Shown piece after piece: positions 26,568 through 61,239 of a DNA stretch of 64,000 nt (position 1 is its first letter; each line of letters begins with the position of its first letter). The notes beneath the pieces were generated by a model. That model was not told where the DNA came from and did no database searches. It saw only the letters and a list, made by a program, of their open reading frames with translations. This DNA comes from Flaccisagitta enflata (Eukaryota): contig OZ231126.1 of assembly GCA_965153355.1 (NCBI GenBank), positions 20,336,001 through 20,400,000 of the forward strand, read 5' to 3'. The position numbers and the translations under genes are program-made.

Positions 26568-27023
26568 AATTGCCGAGTCGGAATCTTGATAGGGTTGCCG
26601 ATTTCAGTGTCGAAAGTCGCGACAGGAGAAAATATCATTCAATCATTCACACGTCTTTTTATCTTTCAGTAGAGGATTCATTTGCATTTTGCAGTAACCT
26701 AAATTCAACATTTCTATTAACATTCTCAAATCCATAGATTTTTTGTTTTATAATTTTTGAATTACAGCAGACTACTTGGGTCAACTAGCTAAGGACAAAA
26801 ACATTCGGTTAATAATCGAGAAAAACTTGATTATGTAAAATCATAAAAGCTAGTTTGCGCATCATGACCTTCGTCGGAAGGCTCAACAGCCTCAACAAGA
26901 CTGAAAAACCGAAACGTCGCTTGCAAAATAAGAGACCGGGGATAACCGGGCGATTGGAATGACTACAAAATTAGGTATTTCATGCCTAGACGGGAAGGAT
27001 ATCCATCTGATTACATCACAAGT

Positions 27024-27671
27024 TCACCAGAAAAGGAATCTCAGGAAAAGGAAGAAGACGACGATGACTATCAAGACGGCGGCGACCTTGGCATAGGTCG
27101 ATTTCAAGTTGAGAAACTTGGCGTCTTTTTTGTACTTTTGCGATAAGACGGAGAGTCCCTGCGCCTTGTCGTCGAGAGTGGAGAGCGCCTCGCCTCGTTG
27201 AAGCACGTCGTCGATGTTTTGAACCATGATTCTTTGGACGTCCTGCAATTCGGTGTTGATGGCGCCCAAGTTACGCCGCGCCCGCGAGTCCGTGTAATTC
27301 TTTTTCGTCTTTTGGATGTAGTTGTCGAATTCGATGAAGCTGTACGGACGCGAGACGATGCCGACGCGATTGCCATGAGCGGCGTCAAATTCGTTTTGAA
27401 GATCCTCCAAATACGCGAAAGCCAATCGTTTGGAGAAGCCTTGTTCGCACAGCGCTAAATACACAACGCCCTTTTCGATCTGGTAGTGGAAGATAAGCGG
27501 CCCGGTCTCGATGCTGCAGCGGGATGGGGAGTTGGCGTTTAACTTCCGACAAAGTCCCTTGGCTTGCGTCTGGTACTCTTGAAGGCTACGACCAGATTGT
27601 TCGTCTTCTTGGATGGAAGCGGCCAATGGCAGGCCGTCAGCCAATCTCGCGATTATTGTTAACAAAACCAT
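27024..27671 (-). CDS. SEC22B: Vesicle-trafficking protein SEC22b (longin R-SNARE), single exon, 215 aa
   Basis: [61 protein letters not shown] and a C-terminal transmembrane helix. Confidence 0.98.
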   Translation of the reverse strand: MVLLTIIARLADGLPLAASIQEDEQSGRSLQEYQTQAKGLCRKLNANSPSRCSIETGPLIFHYQIEKGVVYLALCEQGFSKRLAFAYLEDLQNEFDAAHGNRVGIVSRPYSFIEFDNYIQKTKKNYTDSRARRNLGAINTELQDVQRIMVQNIDDVLQRGEALSTLDDKAQGLSVLSQKYKKDAKFLNLKSTYAKVAAVLIVIVVFFLFLRFLFW

Positions 27672-28564
27672 CGTTTTTTATTCCAAGTCTGATTCTTTAG
27701 GGAGTTTTTTTTTACAATTCTCCCTACCACCGCCTGTTTTCATTCAATCATCAAAAATCTGAAATTTATAAATGTTCGTCAAACAATCATGAAGGTCAAA
27801 AAAATCTTGATTGTCAAAATTACCCCAAATGGAATGGTGACTCTTAGCAATTGTAACTCCAAAAACAAAATACAACTTTCTGGAGCCAAAAAAAAGATCT
27901 TAACTTAATGAAGTTTGCTATTTTTGAGAGAAATTATTGGGTAGAGTCGTAGAGATGGGTAAAATGGGTCACTTGGGGTAAAATTGCTCACCCATTGTAT
28001 TTCTAGTTGCGACTCAGACCCACTCTTTCCGTCTGTCGGTCGGTCTGTCCGTCGGTCCGTAACGCTTAGCTTTTTTTAGTCGAATTACGTAATTTCAAGT
28101 CAAAGTCATCTTAAGTCATTTCAATTCAGTTTAAGTTATTTAAGTCACTTTAAGTCAATTTACATTTACGTAGTCTTTTAGTGTTATAGTCTTATGGTCT
28201 TAACAACCGCATGCGACTAAAAGGTGTTGGCCTTGCTTTTTTTCGAAGAATCTGAGGAAAAAGTTAGCAATTTCGATCATTAAGAAAGGTTAAGTGTGTC
28301 TAGTTCTTGATGAAAACAGGAATTCCGCTGAAGCTAATACTAGAGAAGTAGAGCTAAATATACGCAGTGGGTGACCCATTTTACCCCACCACCCCCTACA
28401 TGCTTCATGTTTTGAAAACTTGACACACAAAGTGTGTAAACATCACATTTTGATTTGTTTTAAACAATGCCCATTGCCACTGGTCATCAAGACAAAAGAT
28501 ATTTGTCATAATTTTAAAATCTCAATTGTAATCATCCTAAACAACCAACGCTTGAATTGCAGTA

Positions 28565-28988
28565 CACTTTTTTTTTTAATAAGAACGTGATTTTTTTTTC
28601 GAAGGCTTCATGTTCTTTTTTTTGAGGCCAAATAAAGCCTTCAATGTTCTTAGAGCGTTCTTAATTTAAAGTATTATATAAACTATAGGGAACTTTATAA
28701 TATACTATTATTTGATTATATCAAATATATTTCTATTGAATACTATTAAAACAAATGCTAAACATTAATATCTGGGAATATTTTTTTGGTGTTTATATAA
28801 GACGTTAAAGAATTTTATCTTAATTATACTACAATATTAGTGTTTTGTTAATGTTCTTTAAATGTTACTTAAAGCGAAATTTTTTTTTCAAGATTTGAAG
28901 CCTTCGTATATTCTTAAGATGTTCTTAATTTTGAGGCTATTTGAAGCCTTGATGTTCTTATAAACTAGGTTCTTATAAAAAAAAAGTG
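28565..28988. mobile_element. MITE with TA target duplication (Tc1/mariner-type)
   Basis: TA|CAC(T)nAATAAGAAC ... GTTCTTAT(A)nGTG|TA, with internal repeats of AAGCCTT..ATGTTCTTA. Confidence 0.75.
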
Positions 28989-29454
28989 TAATGGCCTATT
29001 ACTGGCCCACAAACAAGAGACAAGATGACACTTGAAACTGTCAGCAAATGTCCAATTACCCTCTGACGGACGGAATACCAAGTGAGATTGCACTACAGTG
29101 ACTCTTGATAAAATTAATTCCGGTTTAATCCGGCGGTGAAAAGACTGCAACCCGAGAATCGCCGACAGCAAAGTGGTGACGTTTCCATATTGACGGCACA
29201 GCGACCTCTTCCGTTCTAGTGTCGTTGAAAACAAGTTATCTACACAGCTGATAAGTATCTCTCTTCGATCCTAAGATGACATCTCTTTGATACCAGCCTC
29301 AACAAGCTCTCTCTTCTGTTATCTCTGGGGGCGGAGCCGCAAGATGACCAAATGCTGGCTTTATTCTTCAATCGTCCGCATGTAAAAATATAACTAACTA
29401 CAAGTCAAAACCAAACCTAGGCAAAGGCCTTGCGACATACTCACAACAGCTATC

Positions 29455-32400
29455 ATGGCGATCCTCGACGCTTCTCATCCGTCCTATCGCTTCATAGTTT
29501 TATTCTTCAACTGCATGTTGACATTTGGGTCGTACTACTGTTTCGACATGCCGAGTGTCCTACAACAGCACATCCAACACAAACGCATTCCGTGCAATGG
29601 AACCCAGCCCAACGTCACCACAAACACAACTTGCTGCGACGACTGCTTAGACTTGAACGCCACAGACTACAACCTTTTATACGCGATTTACGCATGGACC
29701 AACGCCGTCCTCGTCATCTTTGCCGGATTCCTCATTGACAAACTCGGCAATTCCATCGGACTGTTTCTCTTTTCTTTCTTATGCCTCGTCGGGTCGTCCA
29801 TTTTCACCGCGGGTTCCATGTTGTATGGAACATCGGCCATGTTTCCGCTCATGTTATTGGGTCGGTTACTCTTTGGCTCGGGTAACGGGGCCTTGACCGT
29901 CGTCCAAAACCGTTTGACTTCCTTCTGGTTCGAGGGCAAAGAATTGGCGTTGGCATTTGGAGTGACGCTGGCGTTCTCCAGAGCGGGATCTGTTTTGAGT
30001 ATGTTTACTGACAAGAGTGCGATGAAAAGACAGACAGACAGGCAGACAGGCAGACATTACCTTAAAACTTTTTACAAAAATCAACTATGGTGTAAAAATC
30101 ATGCATCAATCGACGCCAAAAAAAAAACATGATCCATGTTTCACTTCCAGATATCTTCTTCCCTCTCAGATTTCTTCTTCACCGAGTCTCTGTATGAAAC
30201 TCTGGGAATGAGTGGCACTCTTTGGTTGGGCGCCGGCCTGTGTGGCTTCGGCTTCGTATCTGCCATCATTGTCATCGGCTTGGACAAGCACGGAACCAAA
30301 CAATTGGGAACTGACGGCGACATTAAAACGGCTTCAAAACTCGTCAAGCCCAAGGACATCCTCAATTTTAACGTGTCATTCTGGCTCTTAGCTTTAACCA
30401 TCATGTTTTTCTATAATGGTAACATTCCCTGGAGTATTTTTATTCGCGTAGCACGCGACTCTACACCCAGCTTTGTCCGTCCTTCCGTTGGTTGGTTACC
30501 TTTTTACCTTTTTTGCGGTCTTTGGCCTCCCTGCTCCTGCCCCTATGCTCTGGTGACTTGAGATACGGCCCCTACCCACCCGCACGCGACTAGTAAAGCC
30601 GTGTATCCAACCTTGTGTAGGATATGAATCCTCGCTAAATTGCTGGGATTACAGCTAGCTAATCCACTACCCGCTTCAGATGCGGCCAAATTCAAGCAGG
30701 CAACTGCCGTGCCAATTTCTTTTTCTCTTTCTTCTTCAGGTGTTTTCCCATTCGTGGCCGACGCCGCCAAATTTATCCAAGACAAATACAAGTAAGAAAG
30801 TTCTATAATCATTGTGCATAAATCATTGCTTGCAAAAATCATGAATATCTCAACTAAATATCTGCTGAAGGCCACACCTCCTAGGACTTAGGCTACGACT
30901 CGACTAGACAGTCAGTCCCAATTCCGCATTCATCCTTATGACCATATCTCATCATATTACGAGATAACGCAACTTGGTTTATCTGGGCATATTTCGATAT
31001 ATCGAAATATGACTCATCTTTCCCTTTTAGTTCGGTCACTCAAAAGGAAGTACTAAAGCGATTATCAAGCTCTGATCTTATTTACTCGGCTTTTTATACC
31101 CAATTCTTAAATAATCGGTGAGATTAAAAAGAAAGAAGGATGACAAAATATAATGATGTGATTGAACGGTGCAGCATTCATAAATCAATTTCTTCTAAAA
31201 GTTAGGTGTCAAAATCATTGAAGACTGTAAACAAGACAAACAGCTACTTGGAATTGATTCTGATCTTACAAAAGACACAACTGACAAAGTGAAACTTTTG
31301 TAAGCCATATTTCGATATATCGAAATATGCCATGATGGAAAAAGTTTTGGTTTGCCGAAATATGTTGCGATACGAGCATATGGATGGATACGGAATTGGG
31401 ACTGACTGTAGAAGGAAAGTTGGCATAAAATTTCGCACCAGAGTGAAAATCCTGTTTTAATAGAACAGTTTGTGATTAATTATATCAGAATTGAAGCCAA
31501 AACCTCGTCTTACTACGCGGGCGCCGTGTACGACGTTTCCATGGTGTTGTCCCCGTTTCTCGGGGGTATCATCGATTACGTTGGTTACCGTGGATTCCTC
31601 TGCTCCGCCTGCGCCCTGTTGACGATACCAGTCTTCGGCATCCTCGCTTTTACCAACGTCCCACCACTCCTCGCCACGCTTTGGCTCGGCGTCACTTATT
31701 CCATAGCTGGTGAGAGAGAAAACAGACGTCGCCCAATGAGAGGAGCATCATACAACTACCGAATGTCAAAGAAGCTGGAGCTAAATATCTCGATTTATTT
31801 TCTCAGCGGCCAGCATGTGGCCATCGATCCCATTGGTGGTCCAACCTGCCTACATCGGAACTGCCATGGGAATTGCCACCTCAATTCAGATGATTGGGAT
31901 AGGAGTTTCAAATCTAGTTATTGGGTCGATTCTTACAGGGCATGAAGGACCCAGGTAGAAAAGCTGCAACTGGTGATAAGAATTAAGTGATGGGCTTATG
32001 GCATATGTTAACTACTGCATACCACATTAAGTAATAGGCTTATGGCATATGTTAACTACTGCATATCAGATAATCAGAATCGATCTTTTCTCATTTCCAG
32101 CATTCTTACATACTGGAAGTACGTGATGATTTATCTGCTGGTCAACGTTCTGGGCTGCGTGACCACCACCACACTTCTCAATATCATGGACAGGAGAAAT
32201 CACTCCGTGCTCAACAAAACCAAGAAAAGAAAGACCGCGGTAACCATTGGACGACTTAGTATTTTGTTTTCTCAAACGTGGGTAATTTCTAACACAAATT
32301 GTATCAATAATCAATTTCACACATTTCCGTATGCGCACAGGCGGATCCGCAACCATTACCAAGTTCCGAGCCATTCATCCGCGACGCGAGTCTGCCAGAT

Positions 32401-32478
32401 GCAGAGCCCGAGGATGAAAGAAGACCCCTCCTGGCATCTGGTTCGCTACATCGAAGCAGCGGCGCTATTGTTGCGTGA
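29455..32478 (+). CDS. MFSD1: Major facilitator superfamily domain-containing protein 1-like lysosomal transporter, about 496 aa
   Basis: Seven GT-AG exons in phase: 29455-29998, 30170-30418, 30740-30791, 31489-31709, 31807-31954, 32101-32239, 32341-32478 (1491 nt). Motifs LTFGSYYCFDMP, YNLLYAIYAWTN, GFLIDKLG, WFEGKELALAFG and SMWPSIPLVV. Confidence 0.9.
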
Positions 32479-32606
32479 TTGTATTTTAGCTTTGCAAACT
32501 CCGCACTTTCAATTGAAAGAGCGTCATTTTTACCCTTTGTTTCGACCGTACCAAATCATTTTCATATGCATTTATTTGTAGACTTATTGATGTTTGGACA
32601 TTCCTC

Positions 32607-32612
32607 AATAAA
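32607..32612 (+). promoter_or_regulatory. Candidate polyadenylation signal of the MFSD1-like gene
   Basis: AATAAA about 130 nt after the stop codon. Confidence 0.5.
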
Positions 32613-33066
32613 AGCAGTGATCGTGAATCAAAGCCAACAATATCTGCTAAAGAACGAGCGAGCGATTCTATTTTTAGGATGAGCAATTTGTTAGAAAGCG
32701 GCGTTGGGTATTTGAAAGGGTGTATTTTGTCCTACACGTTCGTTGCCAGACTTAAAAATAGTTTGCCGTAGTCAATGACTTTGTACTTCTGCAACAAACA
32801 CCTGCCTTACAATTATAGTACATGCATGTAAATGCAGTCATGCAATCATGTAAATGAAACATCAGATCAGCGACTTTCTTGATTTAAGTTGGCCCAGTAG
32901 GGTGTAGGGTTTATATCTTATTACTAGGGATGTGGAAGGAATTGACTGTTTCAATTTTGGTTGATGGAATATGCACTTATATTTGTACTACAACGCGGAA
33001 GCGGCATGAACCGCTCCCACCTCCCTTCAGTTAACATTTCATGTTACCATGCCAACCAGAAATATA

Positions 33067-34050
33067 CACTGCGAACCATAAAAAAGGTTACAGCTGTTCT
33101 CAAAGACATTTCTGGTGAAAAAAAAATTAATCAATACTTTTTTTAGGAGAAATAGAAAATGTCATCAAATGAAGCAAACGTCACAAATCCCATGATTTTT
33201 CAATTGTTTTAGATTTTATGATAAAAAGATGATAATGGTTCCAGGATCTGTGTCTGAACTGTAAATTCTTTAAAAATTTTAAATAAGGGACCTTTTGTAT
33301 TTGATTTTTATCATTTGCACTGGAAGAAATCAATTGAAATCATAGATCATTTGAAAGATATTTAAAAGAGCTTTCATTTGCAGCCAATCTGCTTTCTAGC
33401 TCAATTTATTCAGACGCAGTAAAAAAAAGACTGCAGAGTATTCATTTTCAAGTTTGAAAAGGTGCATCACCAAAATGTACCTATTTAACTTCAAACAAAT
33501 GTCATTTCCAAACAAGTAAAGCTTGGAGGCTGGGATTGGTCTAGAATGAAAGATCTTTCAAAGATCTTTCATACGGTCACTGATTTTGTTTACTTTTTTT
33601 TATTCAAACATAGATATATTAAGAGGAAAAAAAGATCAATAATCTTATAAATTTAAGTGATAAAAAAATTCCTTTTGTCATTCAGAAAAGGTTCAAATCA
33701 AGTAAAAACGTATCAAAATAAATGACATTGAGAAAGCCCTTCAAAATATCTGTTATTTGAGCCGTTTCTGGAGTTACTAGCTCGATTAGTTTACTAATTA
33801 CAATAGTTTCTTTAAAATTTGTCCTTTAAAAACTATAACAGAAAATCTGTTGTTTTCCCACGTAGGTTTTGATACATTTGTCTTCATTCTAACATAAAAT
33901 CCAAACTAATGGATCAAATTCGATAGGACTGGTGGCAAATTGTTCATTTTTTAAAGCCCTATAAAACGCTCATAAATAATAATAAGATTGGTTGAATATA
34001 AACAATGTATAACTATACTGAAAGTTGTAACTTTTTTATGAGTCGCACTG
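33067..34050. mobile_element. Non-autonomous Tc1/mariner-type DNA transposon (about 1 kb MITE)
   Basis: TA|CACTGCGAACCATAAAAAAGGTTACA ... TGTAACTTTTTTTATGAGTCGCACTG|TA, with an AT-rich non-coding interior. Confidence 0.75.
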
Positions 34051-34952
34051 TACTCGGCTCTGCTCAAGGTGCGTTATGGAACCTAATGGAAATGTTCAAC
34101 CATATACAACCCCCTCCCCAGGATATCAAAGCCAAGCTTCCCTTAATCAGTTGTGAAAAAGACTGAGTCACTGGCAATCATAACTAAACCAAGCTTATGA
34201 CAAATAGAAATTTTGACGATACCTTTGACAATCAGATCTCTCTGAGCCAAGCCTGACTAAGGGTCGAGCTAGACAATAGGAAAACTAGACATACATCCTT
34301 TACACCAGATTTCAACAGCAATAGCTAACTGGTTTTCGTCTCGGCTTACCAACATCTGTTACCGCACGCAGATTCTTAGATGACTTCGCAAGACCCCGTC
34401 TCTGAAAAAAAGAGAAAAACGTAATACCGTAAGCGAAGCAATTCCTAACAATGTTGACTCAAAATCATTCATGTAGTCCTAAAAATCATACATCCTCAAA
34501 ATCATACAAGACAGCTCTCACTTCGATGTAATGCCTCCGTCTGTTTTTTTCTCCCTATACCAAAACCCCGCGGACAAGCACTCACGCAAATCGTTCCCAG
34601 CAACCACCTGAGGACATACAGACGATCTTGAGGCAGGAGTGTATATAGTTGCTCGACTTATGATCTCTCACCCTCCCTGCCCTTTGATTTTCTTTTCCCG
34701 ACGAGATGAAGTATATGTATTTTAAGTATATGTATTTGATTTCCTTTCCCACGAAGCCCCTATATGGTAACATTTTGTTATAAATGTCTGCGATCAATAG
34801 TTTAAGTTAAGATTTTTTGATTCTACATTTATTTTTTTTTTTGTTTTTGTTTTTTTTTTCATTTTTCCAAAAATCCGGTTTGAGTTAGATGAAGTTTATT
34901 TGAACTTTGAAATGGCCCAGGTGATAATTGTGCATGCTGGCAACAAATTGAA

Positions 34953-34968
34953 TGTGTGTGTCTGTCTG

Positions 34969-35039
<71 letters not shown>

Positions 35040-35351
35040 GAATAGTCTCTCTCTGCGAATAGTCTCTCTCTGCGAATAGTCTCTCTCTGCGAATAGTCTC
35101 TCTCTGCGAATAGTCTCTCTCTGCGAATAGTCTCTCTCTGCGAATAGTCTCTCTCTGCGAATAGTCTCTCTCTGCGAATAGTCTCTCTCTGCGAATAGTC
35201 TCTCTCTGCGAATAGTCTCTCTTTGCGAATAGTCTCTCTTTGCGAATAGTCTCTCTTTGCGAATAGTCTCTCTTTGCGAATAGTCTCTCTTTGCGAATAG
35301 TCTCTCTTTGCGAATAGTCTCTCTTTGCGAATAGTCTCTCTCTGCGAATAG
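34953..35351. repeat. (TG)/(TC) microsatellite followed by a 17-bp minisatellite (GCGAATAGTCTCTCTCT)n
   Basis: About 19 tandem 17-bp units. A C-to-T variant occupies a contiguous block in the later part of the array. Confidence 0.95.
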
Positions 35352-37144
35352 TTTTTCTTTGTCTATCAGTCGGTCTACTTGTGTCTGTCTGGCGCTCGCT
35401 CGCTCTCTCTTAATACATAGTGCGACCTATCAAATAAGAGCATATTTTATATTTTTATTAGGCATTCAATTATGCTATCCAAAAAGATCGTCTGAAAGCT
35501 AAGCAAATTCTGAATGTACTATCATTCCAAGACCACCTGGCAGTAGTTTTAACGGTTGGTGCTTGAGTGCTAGTCAGAGGTCTAGACAACCACAAATCTC
35601 CGCACAATTAAACAGGCATTCCAATGATTCAAACGGTAGATCGGACGAGAGAAATTTCGAGCCGGCTTACGAGCTTCTTCATCCGCATTGTGAGACATAT
35701 CGCAGAAATGAACTTCTTTCCCAAGCGTCTGAGTTGTTGCAGGTTGTTGAGCCCATCGAAGCGAGTTGCTCATGGTTTCCGAAAGAAGTTGGAATTCCAT
35801 CGTCATTTGAGGTATGGAAAAAGGTAAAGGAAAAAGCGTGTGAGATCACTAGAAATAATTAGCTATAAAGAGATTCTTACTACTTCCTCAAATTCGTACT
35901 TACCTGTACCAACTCCAACTGCCTCGTGTAAATTACACTAACCTGCATCAACGTGTTCGACGAACGAAATTAGGTGACCCTAAAAACTGACTAGCTAAAA
36001 CCAAAGGGTTTGAAGGACCCATATAGTGACTAAGCTTCGTCAATATTGCCCTTGCAAAAATTGATGATGGTACCGTCCCAAATCTCTTTCAATTACCCAA
36101 AAATGCCTGAGCGCCATGATTGCGTGGCGGCAATTTCGGGAAGTCAACTAACGCGCGAGAGGGAAGGTAGGAGGAGACATCTTTCAAACAATTTCAGTGT
36201 GATGTTCGCGGCTGATTGCAGCGCGTTCACCGCCTACACCTGTGTGTGGAGGAAAGAAAATAGAGATTCGGAGAGATTTGAGTTGTAAGCTGCCAAAAAA
36301 ATTGACATAAAATGAATCGCACACAATCTTTAAATCATATTATGTCTATTTTCTCGCATCAACAATCAAACACGATTTTTTTAAGTGAGAGGTACCGAAA
36401 TGGGGTTTATTTACAGAGAAGAAAAGAAAAGGTGATCCTATCAGAGGAATACGAAGGGAATTCATAGCTTCAACGATTCGCCTACACCGTGGTAAGCGAA
36501 GGGTTACGTAAGACAAAACGTAAAACGGGCCTATCATTTTTTTCTTATTGGAAACAGCAAAATTTTCTTTCTACGTCAAAAACACAAAAACGTCCTTTCG
36601 AAAAGTATGGATCAAGGCTGGAGATCGAGGGATATCTGCCCACTAATTAATGGGCATTCTACCTTTCTTTTTGTGTGACACCATCATCATGTGCGACCTC
36701 AAAACGCTTTTGTCTGTAAGGCAAAAACGTAGGAGCGTGTCAATTTCATTGACGATAGAGTTATGAGTGTCGTTGAAGATCTGGCAGGCGAGGGTAAGAT
36801 AAGGAATTAGGATAGCTTAAGTTCTGTGTCATACATCAACATTATCAGCATAATTGTTTCTCATAAAGCACTGAAATTCTTTAATAGCCTACTCTTGCCT
36901 TCAACCTTCAACGACAAGCAGGGAAAAATTCAAGCCTTCTATAATACTTTTATATAGCTTTCGTTCAAACTTCACCGATTTGCTCCAGCGTTGGAGGCGT
37001 CGAATTTGGAGGAGGCACAAGCTTTGAGTTCCACGTTCACCCTCTTCTTCGCGAGTCTTTCTTTCACTTAATAGTCCAACTAACACATTCTCTTTCATTT
37101 TTCAAAATGATTTCATAATCACAGACGGAAGTCTCTTGGGGTCC

Positions 37145-59939
<22,795 letters not shown>

Positions 59940-61239
59940 CGTTATTTTAAGGAATTATCCACTGAAAGTCGTCGTTAAGTAAATCCAGGGACAGACTCAT
60001 CAAAAGATCACGTTGGCGATTAGATTGCAGTTCCGTGCACGTCCAAAGCACTGGCGTGCTTGGCGCGTTTAAACTACCGTTTAACCGAGATACCGAGAAA
60101 TCGTCATTCCTGCACAGAGCTCGAATCAAAAAGATCGATTTGTTAAAATAATGAATTCATCACGATATAATTTAAAGATTCTGACACATCACAATTCCAC
60201 ATTTTGATGAAGAAAGACGATAACCAAACTGGCATGCTGGAAAGTGGAACCTTAATTACCATCTTGGAGACAAGAAAAAATCTGGCTGGTGAAAGCATCA
60301 CGATGATTTTATTCTTTACTATTTGGGTATAGGAACTCTATTATTTGCCAAATAAGAGTGTGTGTGCGCAGATGGGCGTATCTAGGGGAAATCATTATCG
60401 CTTGAGAAGGTTCTAATCGAGCAAAACAAACATGGCGCTAGAAAATGGAACGGAAAGTCACAGTCGAGCACAACTAATATTTTTTAACGATCCTGGTAGG
60501 TTTCCATATGGTTTTTCTGAGCGGTGAGGATTAGTCGTGTTAAAACGTATTCAAAATGGTAAATGTATATATATTTTTGTTTATATACGTCGTAGGTCTA
60601 AAGGACTCACTGTTTTATCCGACAAACTTATCGTGGAAAGGGATAAGGAAAGCCGTTGTAAGAGATGTTCCAGGAATTATTCAGCTTAATATAGAGAGGA
60701 GACAAAACTACTGCTTTACTAATTATAGTTTGGGCCACACTTACTGACTTGAAACAAGCTACCTGCAAACGCAGGCCATCAGCCACCACGATTCCAGCAG
60801 CCTTTAAATACATGTAGACTAGTAACGATGAAATCTACCATAACCCGAGAGAAGCGTGATCGACGAGGACAAAACAATTCCCTCGAATATGAAATATCTT
60901 AGGTGCGTCGATATGCAAATTTCTTTTTTTTTCTAATCCGACGGTCGATACTAAAAACTGGAAAAACACTTTCTAGTGTAAAATCTAATTAAAACAGCAT
61001 CCTTAAGTTGGTTTTAAGATACGTTTTTTAAATAGTAAATAACTGTATCATAATCAGACCAGACTCAAACATATTTTTTTTTCACCTGTTCTTTAAAAGT
61101 TCTTTGTGCTTTAAAAAATGCAGGTCTGTATAAAGTTCCACATTCCCTCCTCCCCCAACCGGGGAAGGGGGGGGGGGGAAATTGATCAAAAGGTTTTGAG
61201 ATTAAGATGGAAATCTAAGGGGGAAAAAGAGAAAAAAAG

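Noticed and set aside
31031..31050. Possible extra MFSD1 mini-exon after CCCTTTTAG
   Set aside because: No good donor follows, and exons 3 and 4 already join in phase to give QDKYKIEAKTSS.
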